NCBI RefSeq assembly: GCF_016433145.1
Contig: NC_058134.1
Span: 68,937,232-69,001,231 of the forward strand
DNA length: 64,000 bases
From: Gracilinanus agilis
Taxonomy: Eukaryota
Direction: 5' to 3'
The first letter of the stretch is position 1. Every line of letters starts with the position of its first letter. The notes beneath the pieces were generated by a model. That model searched no databases. It was not told the DNA's origin and saw nothing but the letters and a program-made list of their open reading frames with translations. Shown here one piece after another: positions 38,243 through 51,379 of this stretch. The translations under genes and the position numbers were made by a program.

Positions 38243-39383
38243 TTACTTTTTAAATTTAAAGCAAAAATGAAATGCTTTTATTCACACCATTCCCTCCACT
38301 TAGAATGCCTTGTCTAACCACCCAATCCCAGTTTCCCTAATCTCTGACTACTGAAATCATGTCTATATGAATTCCATCTGCTCCAGGAAGTCTTCCTAGA
38401 TCTTTTCGGCTAAAAGCAACCTCTCCTTTCTCTGAAATCTGAGCATTTTATTTTGTTTACATTTCTCTTGCAGGACTAATCATAATGCATTTACAGTTAT
38501 TTGGATACATATTTAATCATTCCTTTATGAAGGACTGGCCTCGGCATTTAGATGATCTGGGTTTCAAACCTGCCTTGTGACTTGATTTCTCTAAGCTTTA
38601 GTTTCCTCATCCAAAAATGAGGCTAGTATTAGCACCTCCCTCACAGTATTGTGGTGAGCAACAATGGAAATAATAATAACAATTTGCAAAATTTAAGAGT
38701 ACAATATAAATTTGGTTATTATTGTTATTGTTACTTGATTCCTTTAAACTTAGCAAAGACTAATGGACTCCTGGGTGCAGGGCACTGTGCTAGACCCTAG
38801 GAATTCAATGATAAACAATAAAATAGTTCCTACCCTCAAGAAGGTTACATTTTACTAGAAGGGCACAGTATATATAAAGATAAGCAAGTGATGATGATTT
38901 AGCAAGGCAGAGAATTGTAATGATGGGAAGGAGGTGGCACAGTGGTCGGGTAAGGCTTCCCCAAATAGGTGGCACCTGAGCAGAGAGAAATGAACATCCT
39001 CAGAGATAACGATGAAGAGGCAATGCATTCCAGGGAGGGAGGAAATAGGTAAGAGATGGAAACCTTGAATTCAGGGCACAACAATTACTAATGACAACAA
39101 CAGCAATAATTGACATAGATTTTTAAGGTTTGTAAAGTGTGTTGGCAGCATGTTAGCAACCTAATTTGGCTAAAGTTTAGAGGTATTCAATTTAGGAGTC
39201 AGAAATGCTATAAACTAATCAGTTAATCCACAATCATTTAAGTGCCATCTATGAGTCAGGAAGGATCCTAGGCAAATATAAATACAAAAAAAGGAACAAT
39301 TTCTACTCTCAAAGAGTTTACATTCTACTGATCATTTAATTCTTAAAAAACACATTATCTTCTTCATTAAAATTAATGCTATA

Positions 39384-39583
39384 GGGGCAGCTGGGTAGCT
39401 CAGTGGAGTGAGAGTCAGGCCTAGAGACAGGAGGTCCTAGGTTCAAACCCGGCCTCAGCCACTTCCCAGCTGTGTGACCCTGGGCAAGTCACTTGACCCC
39501 CATTGCCCACCCTTACCAATCTTCCACCTATGAGACAATACACCGAAGTACAAGGGTTTAAAAAAACAAAACAAAACAAAACA
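39384..39583 (+). mobile_element. Young SINE1_Mdo-type SINE with (CAAAA)n tail and 15-bp TSD
   Basis: TSD aaaattaatgctata at 39369-39383 and 39584-39598; CpGs retained. Confidence 0.95.
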
Positions 39584-41456
39584 AAAATTAATGCTATATA
39601 TTGGTTTTAAGGCAGAAAAAGGGGCAATGGGGGTTAATGATTGCTTGTCAACTCTGGAAGGGGGAGAGGAGAGGGGAGAGAGACAACATGAATTAGGTAG
39701 CCTTGGAAAACTTATGTGTAAATTTGTTACTGGAAAAAAATAAAGGAAAAAAAACCTTAAAGTGTCTGAAACCAGATTTGAACCCAAGATCTCCCCTCTT
39801 CTAGGCCTGGCTCTCTATCCACTGAGCTACCTAGCTAGTTCATGATCATTTAAGTCTTAATTCAGCTAAATGGAAATGAGGATACATGAAATAAATGGGT
39901 AATCCAACATTTTACTGTAAACATGAGCATTAATCTGCTCTAGGATTAGGAGACTCGGTGATTACTGAAGGTCATAATATCCTAGGAAAATGTATTAATT
40001 AATGACATATAAAGTATGAATAGATAACTTCTTGTCCTGGTTACTCATTTATATTTAGATTGTTGATTACATTAGGAATGCTTTCCCTATTATTCACCAT
40101 TTTTTTAGTAGAATTCTTATGCAGCTTTCGAAGTTCATTTTAGAAGCTTGCTCCTTCATGAAGCCTTCCTTGATCTTACTATCCAAAGGTGATCTCTCCC
40201 TCTTTCCTTCTTCTTCCCTCCTCACATCATTTTCTTTATACAACTTTTAGCATGCTACATTTATCTTAGTTATTTATGCATATTTTATCTCCTTGATCAT
40301 ATTGCAACCTTCTTGAGGTTAATATCAAGTTTCATTTATTCTTTACATCCCCAAGACAGAAAAAAAATAATGCAAAAAGAATAAAAAAGAAAACAATATG
40401 GCATGAAATTAAAATAGCTTTTATAGGTCTTACTTAAAGATGTTGACATGAAAAAATGGAAAATGGAAGGAAAAACCATTACTGATAAAAATTAAAATAA
40501 TTTCCCAAAGAGGTCTATCCACTGGCAATCAGTTATCATGCAAAGAGATCAAAAGTGTCTAAAAATCACCTCTGTTGACAAATATTCAATCTGATTTTAC
40601 CCAATGGATAAATATGGCACCCAAGAACAAAATTAGTTTAGAACATAAACTCATTTGTAAGTCAAAGAACAATGATTGAAGATTATGACCAACATTGCCT
40701 CATAAATAGAAAAGGGCAACAGAGGGAGGGAGATCAGACTTTAAGAAAATCTAGCAAGAGACCCAAATAAGCAAATTATCCTGGAAGGACAACAAACAGA
40801 TGAATAAATGAAAATATTTCTAAAGATACACTGACATGGACAGTGAAGCCATCTCATTTCGATTCTGATATTGGATGACCCAGAAGTGTTTATAGAGGAA
40901 GTAGAAAAGGTAATAAAGAAAACAAAGATTGCAAAAACATCTGAACTAGACCAAGGATACACAAAGGAATTCCAAGCTGGATGTGATACAATTCTGAAGA
41001 CATTAGGGATTGGTATCTGAAAGAAGGTAAGATACCAAAGACATGGAAAAGTCTCAATACTACCAAAAAAAGAGTTAAGTGAGAAAATGCCAACAGCTAA
41101 TAATCCATACAAATACTTTCCCAATTATACAACTTTTATGAGTTATACTAATGTACATAAAAGTCATCTTTGATGAAGGTATAAAAAGGTAACTGGCAGG
41201 TTTTTCCAAGTGTTATTCCACAGCAAAAAATCTCTATAATCACACAATTGACTAAAAGGTATAAAGACTGTACTCTCATTGTACTTATTATCTTTAACTA
41301 TAAAAATGCATTTGGTTCTGTTGAGCAGAGTCTTTACTTTAAAGACTCTACCCCAAAAAGATTCCTTTAGAGAAGTAACAACAGAAAATATTAATATCAG
41401 AGTGATTCATATAACAGGCAGACATTCTCAGCAAAGGTGTTTACATTATCATAGAG

Positions 41457-41649
41457 CAGTGGTTCCCAAACTTTTTTGGCCTACCGCCCCCTTTCCAGAA
41501 AAAATATTACTTAGTGCCCCCTGTCACATAGTATCACTGCCCTCTTACAGTTATTCACTACCCCCAAATGCACCTGTGGCCATCACCACCCTCCCTGGAT
41601 CGCTGTAGCACCCACCAGGGGACGGTGGTGCCCACTTTGGGAATTACTC
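41457..41649 (+). mobile_element. hAT/Charlie MITE, copy 1
   Basis: TIR cagtggttcccaaa...tttgggaattactc; 8-bp TSD tcatagag/ccatagag with central TA. Confidence 0.9.
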
Positions 41650-41878
41650 CCATAGAGGATGTTCTGCACAGAATCTAAATCAAAAGAGTATTTCCTAGAA
41701 ATGGCAACATACTCTAAATTCTCCTGTTTGTTGACAATTTTTTGCTGTGCATGTCAAGGCCAATATTATTGAGAATCTAAGTCACTCAAAAGAATTCACC
41801 CTAATTATCCACATAGGAAAAACCAAATGGATGAAGAATGTCCAGATTGATATACAATTAGATAGTTAACCTAAAAAA

Positions 41879-41880
<2 letters not shown>

Positions 41881-41928
<48 letters not shown>
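41881..41928. repeat. (CA)24 microsatellite
   Basis: Direct reading. Confidence 0.97.
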
Positions 41929-41930
<2 letters not shown>

Positions 41931-43844
41931 CATATAAGTGGTCTTGAAATGGCTGCAACAGTAAAGACAAAAATTATATACAAGAAGTAGAAAATGATAT
42001 CCAAACAAGAAGAGAAAAAAAGATGGACGAGATAAGTTGCAAGAACAAGGCCAGCCTGTGCATTCCTTTGATTTTCATGCAATTTCTAGAACATAAGTAG
42101 GTGACCTAACACAGTATAGGTAGACCTCCTATGATGTATTTCATGGGGGACATAGATAAAAGTCACATACATAGGGTAGGCAAACAGATGGATTTGTATC
42201 AGCATAGTTCTACATCAGTGAGATCCTGTTTCCATCATAGTTTTGAAGAGTTCTGTAGGACCTAGCACAATGCTTTTTGCACATAATAGGCACTTAAAAT
42301 ATTTATTGAATAAATGGAATAAAGAAGTACAAGGGAAGTCAAGTAACATGATGAGTATGATCAATTGTTCAGTAATCAAGAGTTGACTATGGCAACGAGC
42401 AGGGCAATTCAATCTGAATTGTCAATTTCACATTTTCATATGCTATTGTTTATACTTTTTTCTTTACTATCATGCCTCAATTATTCTCATTTCTAATTTC
42501 ACAATGCCCTACTCCAAAGAAAAATTTCTTACATGCTTTTACAAGTCTAACCTAAAAGAAAAAATACTTGAAATAAAAAGCATATGGTCGAAGCATGTCC
42601 AAAAAAAGTATGAGGTTCTATGTAGCCAGTATTCTGCTAACTTTCAACATTAAACTGCTTACTGGAAAATGCTAAAACACCTAGTTTGGACGATTATGTT
42701 ACACACATATATTAGGAAATATTTTTAAAGCAATTAAATTATAATACAACACATTAGTATACTAAAAAAACTAATGAGTAGTATGTATAGTATAATTTAA
42801 TTTTTACTAAAATCTAAATTGTTGAATCCTCCCTCCAACTGAGCAAATAAGTCAACATTTGCATGTAGACTATTTCAAAATATACATGGCTATGACTTTA
42901 TGGAAGATAAATAAAAGCTATAGTTTAATGAAAATGGCAACTTGGTACTTTAAGATGATGTAATATTAATATACTTTGTGATTAATTTTTACTATTATTC
43001 AACAAAGAATATGAGTATTAAGAACTCTGACTAATTAAAATTTTGAAAACATACTATTCATGATGTTCTGAGTTAATTTTTAAAGAACTTCTTAATTTTT
43101 CTCTATTCATTTAAAACATTAGTTTAAATTAAGATTTTCTTTTCTGAGAGAGGTAGAGAGACTGAATACATAATGCTTGCATGTTCTCTCATTGTTATTT
43201 CTTTCTTTTCTAACTTACCAAAAATTACCTTGCAATATCAACTTTCTCTATATTTTTAATGCATTTTCTTGCCTATTTTTTCTAACCCCCAGTGGAAAGA
43301 CAGCAATGGTTCTGATGAAATATTCTTTGGAAATGCTAGATGAACTCTATGAACATCTGAAGAAAAATGAATAAGGATGAATGGACAAGGGATCTTGATA
43401 GAAACTTGGAGGAAATGAAAACATGGTTCTTTATGCATTGAAATTAATGAATTTAAATGTAAATTGTTACTAAGAAAATATAGTTGTATTGTTTAAAGTT
43501 CATGATCATTTAATTTTTTAAATGATGCTAACATTTCCTTTTTTCTCTTTCATTGCTTACTTTGTTGCTGTTCTAGTTACTATGTTGTTCCCTTCTCCAT
43601 GCTTCATACTGGTTACTCCATTTTATTTCTTTCTACTGCCTCATAAAAGATAGAAGTTAGTTAAGGACTAAGCCAAGATTCTTCTATTTTTTCTTATCTA
43701 CTGCTGACAGGATGACTGGAAGGTTGATGGGCAATTTGGGTGAGACAAGTCATATCTAAGAGGTGAGTCTAATGTAAAGGTTCTACAAGTCTAAAAGTAC
43801 TAGGTTGATAGAAATTATGCAAAGAGGATCTTGAGAGATTAAAA

Positions 43845-44245
43845 TTAAAGGAGATAAAGAAGAGCAGGAGCAAAGAGAGGAAGAGAGAGGGGGACAGGAC
43901 AGGGAAGAGAGAGGAAGAGGAAGAGAAGAGGGAAGGGTAAAGGAAGGGAAGGGGAGAGGGAGGAGAGGGAGAGAAACTGAAATGGTGAAAGGAGGAGGAG
44001 GAGGAGAAGGGAAAGAAGGAAAGAGGGGAGAGAGGAAGAGAAGGAAAGAAAGAAGATGTGAGAGAGGGAGTTGAGGAGGGAGAGAGTAGGAAAGGGAGGT
44101 AGGGAGAGAAAGAAGGTAGAAGGAAAAGGAAGAAGGGGAAAGGGAAAGAGAGAGAGGGAGAGGAATGAGGGAAAGAGAGGAATGAGGAGAGGAAGAAAAG
44201 GGGAGAGAGACAGAGACAGGCAGAAACAGAAACAGAGAGATCTGG
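43845..44245 (+). repeat. Polypurine (GA-rich) low-complexity tract
   Basis: ~400 nt almost exclusively A/G. Confidence 0.92.
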
Positions 44246-45684
44246 AAACACATTAGCCTGAGAATGTGAAAGAAACAAGATTTTTGGAAGTTTGTGGTAC
44301 AAATAGATATATGACTGGAAATCAGCAGTCAAAGAGATAGCCAAATAATGCAACACTAAGAGAGTATTTTGGCCAAGTAGGATGAGTCATCATATTTTTT
44401 TTAGTTAAATAAGATTAAGAGGAGTTATTAGAATTTTCTTGATTATGTAATTCTATGAAAGGGAATTTTTTTTAAAATTAGCAGTATATCCTAAAAAATA
44501 CTCAAAGAATTTTTAAAACTCATAAGATTATCTGCTACACATTAATTTCCATGGCTCTCAAATGTAAAACTTTGCCTCGCCAATCTAAGGATATATACTT
44601 AAGGAATGAACAGAGCACAGAAATATCTAAATATCCCTTCAGTTATATAGGAAAAGGCAATGACCATTGCCAATTTTCTTTAATATTAAACTGAGTCTCC
44701 ATTTTTACACAAGTTGTTTTTTTTTATTGAAACAATTCTAATGCAGTTACAATATTCAGAAAATATTCAAAACCAATAACATTCCAAAATGTAAAGTCTT
44801 AAGAGCTAGGATAGCCATCCCCATACATGTAAGGGAGGTTTGCTAATACAGTAAATACAAAGCCAGAGTTTATACTTTATTTGAACCACCTTCTCAATTT
44901 TATTTTGATTTCATTTAACTTTTTAAAGATTTTGATGGAGAAAGTATAGGGATGGAGAGGAAAGTCATAAAGACACATCTTATCACTGTAGGAACTGCTT
45001 TTCCCCTACTCTTCTTAAACTGGAAATCATTTCATAATGATGGCTCATTTTTATGCAAGAAGGCTCAGATGGAAGATTCTTTTGGAATAGCCACTGAAAG
45101 AATGAACTAATAGGAATTTATTAAGCACTCATTAATTGTCAGGTACTTTGCTAAGGAGTGGATTATAGAAGCAAATAGCTAGGTAATCCCTGACCTCAAG
45201 GAGTTTATATTCTAAAAAGGAAGACATCACATAAAGGGGAGCAATAGCCAGAAAAGTTTTTGATCTAGAGATCCAGAGGTGGAAAGTGATGGGGGGGGGG
45301 GGGGGGAGGAGAAAGGATGTTACCCAGCAGCATGACATGCAGATAGTCTGGGAGCATGCTGTTGACCATCTAGATATGGTAAACTTGCACCAAAGAGAAG
45401 TTGATGATCCCAGTGCTGGAGTTTGCTTTTCTTACTTTTTTTGCCTAGTTGTGCAGTTGTATCCAATCCCTCGTATAAACAGGTATTCAATAAACTGACT
45501 TTGAATGAGAAGCAGTGACTTAGATAGAGCAATGGAATCAAGATGACCTGAGTTCAAATCTACATACTTAATTGCTGTGTGTCCTTGAACATGTTGTTTA
45601 ACCTCTGCCTGCCTCATTTTCCTCAACTGAAAAAGGAAGATAATACCACTTTCGTATTGTGCTTGTGAGAACCAAATATGAGAT

Positions 45685-45790
45685 AAGGAGGGAGGAAAAG
45701 CAGGAAGGAAGGAAGGAAGGAAGGAAGGAAGGAAGGAAGGAAGGAGGGAGGAAAGAAGAGGAAAGAACGGAAGAAAGGAAGCAAGCAAGC
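45685..45790. repeat. (GGAA)n microsatellite between two opposite-orientation MIRs
   Basis: Direct reading; MIR plus at ~45490-45680 and MIR minus at ~45790-45900. Confidence 0.9.
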
Positions 45791-46856
45791 ATTTATTATG
45801 TGCTTACTGTGTGCCAGACACAATATTATTTCATTTTATTCTCACAATAACTATTGGTGCTATTATGATGCCCTTTTTAAACAGCTGAGAAACCCAAGGC
45901 ACATATATCTCTTTCTGAAAGTAACTCCTAGCTGACATTTTGGACAAACATATGACCTCATCAGCAAAATTAGGAAAAAATAAGTATGCTGCCTATAAGT
46001 ATGTTAAATTTTTCAGGGCTCTTAAATCAGTTGTAAGCAACCCTTATGATTACCATGTAGGGCTTAGCAACAGAGATGAGGAAAATGTAAACTTCAATAG
46101 TTCTTTAACCTTTTTATGTGCTAAGACCTCTAGCTGTTTTGTAAAATACACTGCCTCCTTATGCCTTCCTTCACATTAATGTGTTTTTAGTTTGTTAACA
46201 CATTTTGCCCAAAGAGCTCAAGATGTTATACAAAAAACTTTCAAAAAAACACAAAATTCCTCAAACATGGGGGAGGGAAGGGAGGATTGGGGGAAGGAGT
46301 TACATTTTCTTAAAAGCAAGTGGCATCCCATCTGAGTTCATTCAACTAAAAAATGAGACACAATGGACATTCTTTTGGGGATATTATTCTTAGGTTTCTT
46401 AAATTTACTAAATTGACCTGGGCTTTCTTGAGGCTCTCTGAAACTACAGTTAAAATATGAATTCACCCAATGTAAATATATGGGTTAAGTTTTTTAGATT
46501 TGGGAAATGGGCAGGAATTCATTATAGAAGTTATAAGGGATGAGAAATTCTCTCTTTGTGACTCAGCCTCTTCTTTTTTATTGTGAAATATGATCATGTT
46601 CAGGATTTCATTGATTTTATCATAAATCGTGAGAGTGATAGAAACAATTATGCCTTTATAAGGATTATATTATGGGCATAATTGTGTTGAATAATTATCA
46701 GAGCCTAAACTTCAATGTGATGCTGAAAAATGTAGAATTAATTCAATTTAAAAGAGCAAACAAATAAAAAAAAACCTAACCCTATTTCAAATTCTAAGCT
46801 TGAAGAATCTAGTTTAATTGAATCAAGATTGGTTAAGTACTCAAAAGCACAAATCA

Positions 46857-47050
46857 TCATGTCTAACCCTTCATGACCCCATTTGGAGTTTTCTTGGCCA
46901 AGATACCAGAGTGGTTGCCATTTCCTTCTCTAGTTCATTTTACAAGTGAGGAAAGTGAGGCATGATGGGTTAAGTGATTTGTCTAGGGACACATGGCTAG
47001 TAAGCATCTGAGGCCATCTATGAACTCTGTCCCACCCAGCTGCCAAACAA
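46857..47050 (-). mobile_element. MAR1 SINE lying between the two duplicate copies
   Basis: catgaccccatttggagttttcttggccaagataccagagtggttgccatttccttctc, reversed MAR1 tail. Confidence 0.85.
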
Positions 47051-47221
47051 CAACAATAACATTCAGGATTTCAGTGAATTAATAAAAATCTGTGATAGTG
47101 GTAGAAACTATTCAACCTTTACAAGGATGATATTTTGGACATAATTGTGTTGAATAATTATCAATCTAAATGTCAATGTGATGCTGAAATGCGGAGAATT
47201 GATTCATTTAAAACAACAAAC

Positions 47222-47407
47222 AGGACAGCTGGGTAGCTTAGTGGATTGAGAGTCAGGCCTAGAGACGGGAGGGTCCTGGGTTCAAATCCAGCCTCAGACA
47301 CTTCCCAGCTATGTGACCCTGGGCAAGTCACTTGACCCCCATTGCCCACTCTTACTACTCTTCCACCTAGGAGCCAATACACAGAAGTTAAGAGTTTAAA
47401 AAAAAAA
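47222..47407 (+). mobile_element. SINE1_Mdo-type SINE inserted in duplicate copy 2
   Basis: ggacagctgggtagcttagtgg head; approximate TSD aaac(a/c)aacag. Confidence 0.92.
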
Positions 47408-48675
47408 CCAACAGCCCTATTTCAAGTTCCACTCCTGAAGCGCTTAGTTGAGTTAAATCAAGACTGGCTAAGTACTCAAAAGCATAAAAGGAGACTTACA
47501 AAACCTTTATAAAAGAGAGAGAGCTGGACAGATTTTTGGTGAAGTCCAGCCCTAAGATTCCTTTTCCAAACCAAAATTACCTCTACGGCAAGGACTTCCG
47601 GGACTTGTACAAACATAACTGAGGGCAAAGTTTGGCTCTGAGAAAGTATATTCAATCAGACGCATAATTTATTTTCAACACAATTTCAATTTAAAACAAA
47701 CCAGCAACTTTTCTTTTCTGATGGTCATAATGAAAATGTCAGCTTTTTCACTTTGTGGTATATTCTGACAACACTGCTCAGTGTGAATAGTGACGCTGCC
47801 ATGTTACCTTTCACCAAAGGATCTGAAAAAGCACCTTAAAAGTGGTCCCAGGTTTGGCACAGAAAGTTCCTTTTAAAGCAGCCTTTGGATTTCTCTGCAG
47901 ATAAAATGAAACTGGCAGGGGGAGGGCTTAATTTTTGATGAGTGAAATCTCCACTGCTAAGTGACCATTCTAAGGAAAATCCTGCAAAATTAATCCGACT
48001 AAAATGAAAGATTTTTCCATGGTTAAAAAACAAAACAAAAAAAAAGGAAGGTCTAATAAAAGCATTAGCAGTTTTCCAGTATGCAATGATGAAAACAGGC
48101 TTGATATCTCGAAGTTCTTTACTTAATTATGATCATAGTTTAAAATACATCCCAATCCTTAGCTCCCATGAAGAGTTACCCCTCTTTACACCTGAAATCA
48201 CTTTATTATGGTGATAAACGAAGGAGTATCTCTCTAAAACATTAGCTTGAGGGTCTAGAATTTATACTTACAGACCTGATTACAAGTGAATTCCTGCTGA
48301 GTGTCTATGAGAAGCTGGAGGTTAAGACCACCAATTATTTTCCTAAGCATTAAAGAACAGGAAACTGAGAATTAAAAGTTAAGTGACTTTTCTAAAACCT
48401 TCAGGAAATCAAGACCAGCACTAAGGAGAGGACACGAGGGCTTCTGACTTCTTAATCATTTAGTTCTATGATTATTACAGAATCCCCAGTGTGGTTGTTC
48501 TCACAGAACTGGTACACCCCAAATTTGAATTCCTCTGGTAAATACTGCAGCTTTGTTCAACACCTGCCCTTTTAAATTTGAATCAAAAGAGGCATCTAAC
48601 AAAGACCTTTACACCACAGAAATAGGTAGGGAAATACTGAGGCTATGGTGCCTAAGGGGCTGAAAGTATTTTTTA

Positions 48676-48807
48676 NNNNNNNNNNNNNNNNNNNNNNNNN
48701 NNNNNNNNNNNNNNNNNNNNNNNNNNNNNNNNNNNNNNNNNNNNNNNNNNNNNNNNNNNNNNNNNNNNNNNNNNNNNNNNNNNNNNNNNNNNNNNNNNNN
48801 NNNNNNN
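48676..48807. other. Assembly gap (132 N)
   Basis: Run of N. Confidence 1.
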
Positions 48808-49429
48808 AAAAAACACCTTAAAAGACAACATTAATGAATGCATATTTGGGGTACATTAAAGATTCTCCAGTGCTAATTCAAGTACTCTTTGCTTTTTGTA
48901 TGAAGCAGGATTGCAGTTTTCAAGGGAAAATAGATGATACTTTTTCACTGAATGCCAAAAGCTACTTATTCATGAAGCTTGGAATACCATTATTATTATT
49001 ATTTCTTACATTGAGCTTCTGTGAATAACTTCTTATACAAGGAAACTATTTTGGGTCTTCCGAATGCCAAAAATAATGACCTGGCACTCTTGCCTTTTTT
49101 TTTTGCATGAAGGATTTTTATTTTTCCCTTGATAAGACAGTCAGAATGGACTGATTAAGCCCAATATCTGCCAGTTAAGAAAATTAATTTTTATTCTTTT
49201 TATGTTGTTGTTCTTCCAGAAAAGAAAAAAAATAATTTTCATAGACTTTTTATGGCTGAAAAATTTAAATATAGACATGTACACATGTATACACGCATGT
49301 ATACATATACGTATATGTATGCCTGTATGTGTATGTGTATATGTCCAAGTCTGAAGACAGAGTGCTCTGCTGGTTAACTGAACAATTGCAAGAAGCTACT
49401 GAGTGTTTCTGTGGTTTAGTCCAAATGCC

Positions 49430-50820
49430 AAGTCGGAAGGAAAAGACATTCCCTGCATTTTCTAAAGCTAGATAAACAGAGGAGGAAAAATAGATGAAAG
49501 ATGGAACTCTCCATGGATCCTGCCAGATCTCTTGGCTTTTCTGGAGCACCTATTGAATCTGCCAGATGTAGCAATCTTTTCCATTAAAGGGAGCAGCGGC
49601 ATACATTTCAGCTTAACATATTTTGTTTGCGCGTCTTTCACCCTTCGAAAATATCTATAATTTTTTTTTGAGAAAATGATTCTTTCTGCACAGTTGGCTT
49701 CCACTCCATTTATTTGAAACGGCCCATTTATCACCAAGAGAGCCGCAGGGCATAGCTACTGTTGAACAGCTCCAACAAACCTACAGCTTAGTGGGACAAG
49801 CTTCTTTTTATAAGACGAAAAGATGCTTTAACGTGGGCCAAGTGTAGCCTCATGCCAGCTTAAAGGTTTGTTATCCAAACTTCCCTGGATCTGAAGCTCT
49901 CACAAAGCACACAGTTAACTCAAAGATAAGCTGGTCCACCACCACCCCCTTTCTGCCCCCCAAAACACACCTTCTTGCTGAATCCGACCCTCTCTCCAAA
50001 ATATACCACAGGCACCTGTGGAATATTGCACATTCTAGAAAAAATGGTAAAAAGTCATTCTGAAATAGAGTTTTTTGAGAGGCCAGTCCTTCTTGACCCC
50101 AAGATTTTTTTTTCTTGGACATGGTCTCTCTATTTGGCTGTGGTACAATGGTGACTTTCTTGGTCCGCGTAAGCAATCTGCTTCTAGTAAGGTATAATAG
50201 AGCAGCGAATGAGAAGGCAGCAGTTTTCGGTTTCTTCAGACCAACTCAGGAAGCAAAATGTTCACACCTGACAGCTCTTTATACAACTCAGACTGTGATG
50301 ATTTGTAGTTTTTACCTTTCTGTGGATTCTTCGTCCACTAAACCAAACATGCAAGGAGAGGCACTGCCTCCTGTCTCTGAAGTTTCTGAGTGCGGCATGA
50401 TGGATAGACTTGTTAGCTAGTAAACAGCCCAGGTTTAGACAGACTCGATGTAGTTGACAGTAGGTCCTGGAGGGTCCTTTCCCCCCACCCCCACCCCATC
50501 TACTCCCTTCCTTCTTTCTTAATTTCCAAACAGCTACTAGTTTATAGCAACTGACAACCTTCCACTTAGTATATGCGCCAGCCACATCTTGTACTTTCAG
50601 TTTAAAACTTGGAGCCAGCGGTGACAGTTATAAAAATTCGAATCTGTAATTTGCCAAGTCGAAAATCCAAAAGCCAATATGTAAATGCTTGGTAAGGGTA
50701 TCTGCACTACAGGCTATAGAGTGGAGACTATTTTTGCATACATTTAAAATGTTTAAAGGACATCTTTTCTTAAATTCCAGTTGACGGTAAATACTCCACT
50801 CCACACACAATCACGTTCTA
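49430..50820. promoter_or_regulatory. Repeat-free, CpG-enriched candidate enhancer or hypomethylated region
   Basis: 23 CpGs by hand count in 1.4 kb, against roughly 1-3 per kb in other stretches counted (42400-44400, 58000-60000). No recognisable TE. Confidence 0.5.
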
Positions 50821-51379
50821 AGGGCCAAATGTTTTTCTGTTTAAGTTTCAGAATGCTAAATCCATACTAGCAGTTGGCAATTGCCAGGTTTGAATAGTTT
50901 CACTTAAAATTATAAATAATTACTTTCCAAATTTTGTAATTTACATCAATTTGCTTCACAAAGCTCGACTTGGGAAAGAGGTTCTTTCATGAAGGAAAAT
51001 AAAATTCGCCAAAGCTGTCTACAAGAATTTGTAATTTTAACAAATAAGCTGCAGTGTTCTAGAAGCAATAGTGGATGAAAAATGCAGGATATGTATCTTA
51101 AAATGACACGAGATAATGAAAGCATCCCAACTAAGGATAAGAAATATTATTTGCAATACTAAACTTTCATGTAAGTTAAATTTCATGTGATGAATGCTAA
51201 TCAGGTAACCTGGTCCTTTTACATAGTAAAAAAAAAAAAGTACTATAAAATGTCCCCATCAATCAATCAATGTTTATTAAGTACCTACTATGTTCCAGGC
51301 ACTGAGATGAGAGCATACACCATTCCCTCAAGAAGAGATGACTTCATCCATGCATGCACTCTCCCCATGGAGACAAATC

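Larger units (their letters stand above)
40670..42215 (+). mobile_element. RTE-clade LINE fossil (marsupial RTE), interrupted by a MITE and (CA)n
   Basis: Degenerate RT-upstream motifs (EEVEKVIK, LKEGKIPKTW, YKNAFGSVEQ); RTE-like 3' end near 42100-42210. Confidence 0.75.
46595..47488 (+). repeat. Diverged direct duplication of a ~260-bp unique segment (copy 1 46595-46853, copy 2 47060-47488)
   Basis: Shared ttcaggatttca, ataattgtgttgaataattatca, caatgtgatgctgaaa, ccctatttcaa and aagtactcaaaagca in the same order. Confidence 0.9.

Noticed and set aside
43286-43480. Plus-strand acceptor (tttttctaacccccAG) followed by protein-like text
   Set aside because: Stops in all frames; RDLDR...KCK motifs suggest a very old CR1 RT fragment.
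43769-44356. 195- and 156-aa minus ORFs
   Set aside because: Same low-complexity artefact.
46695-46720. Box C-like gtgatg/ctga in the duplicated unit suggesting a snoRNA
   Set aside because: No proper RUGAUGA...CUGA spacing or terminal stem.
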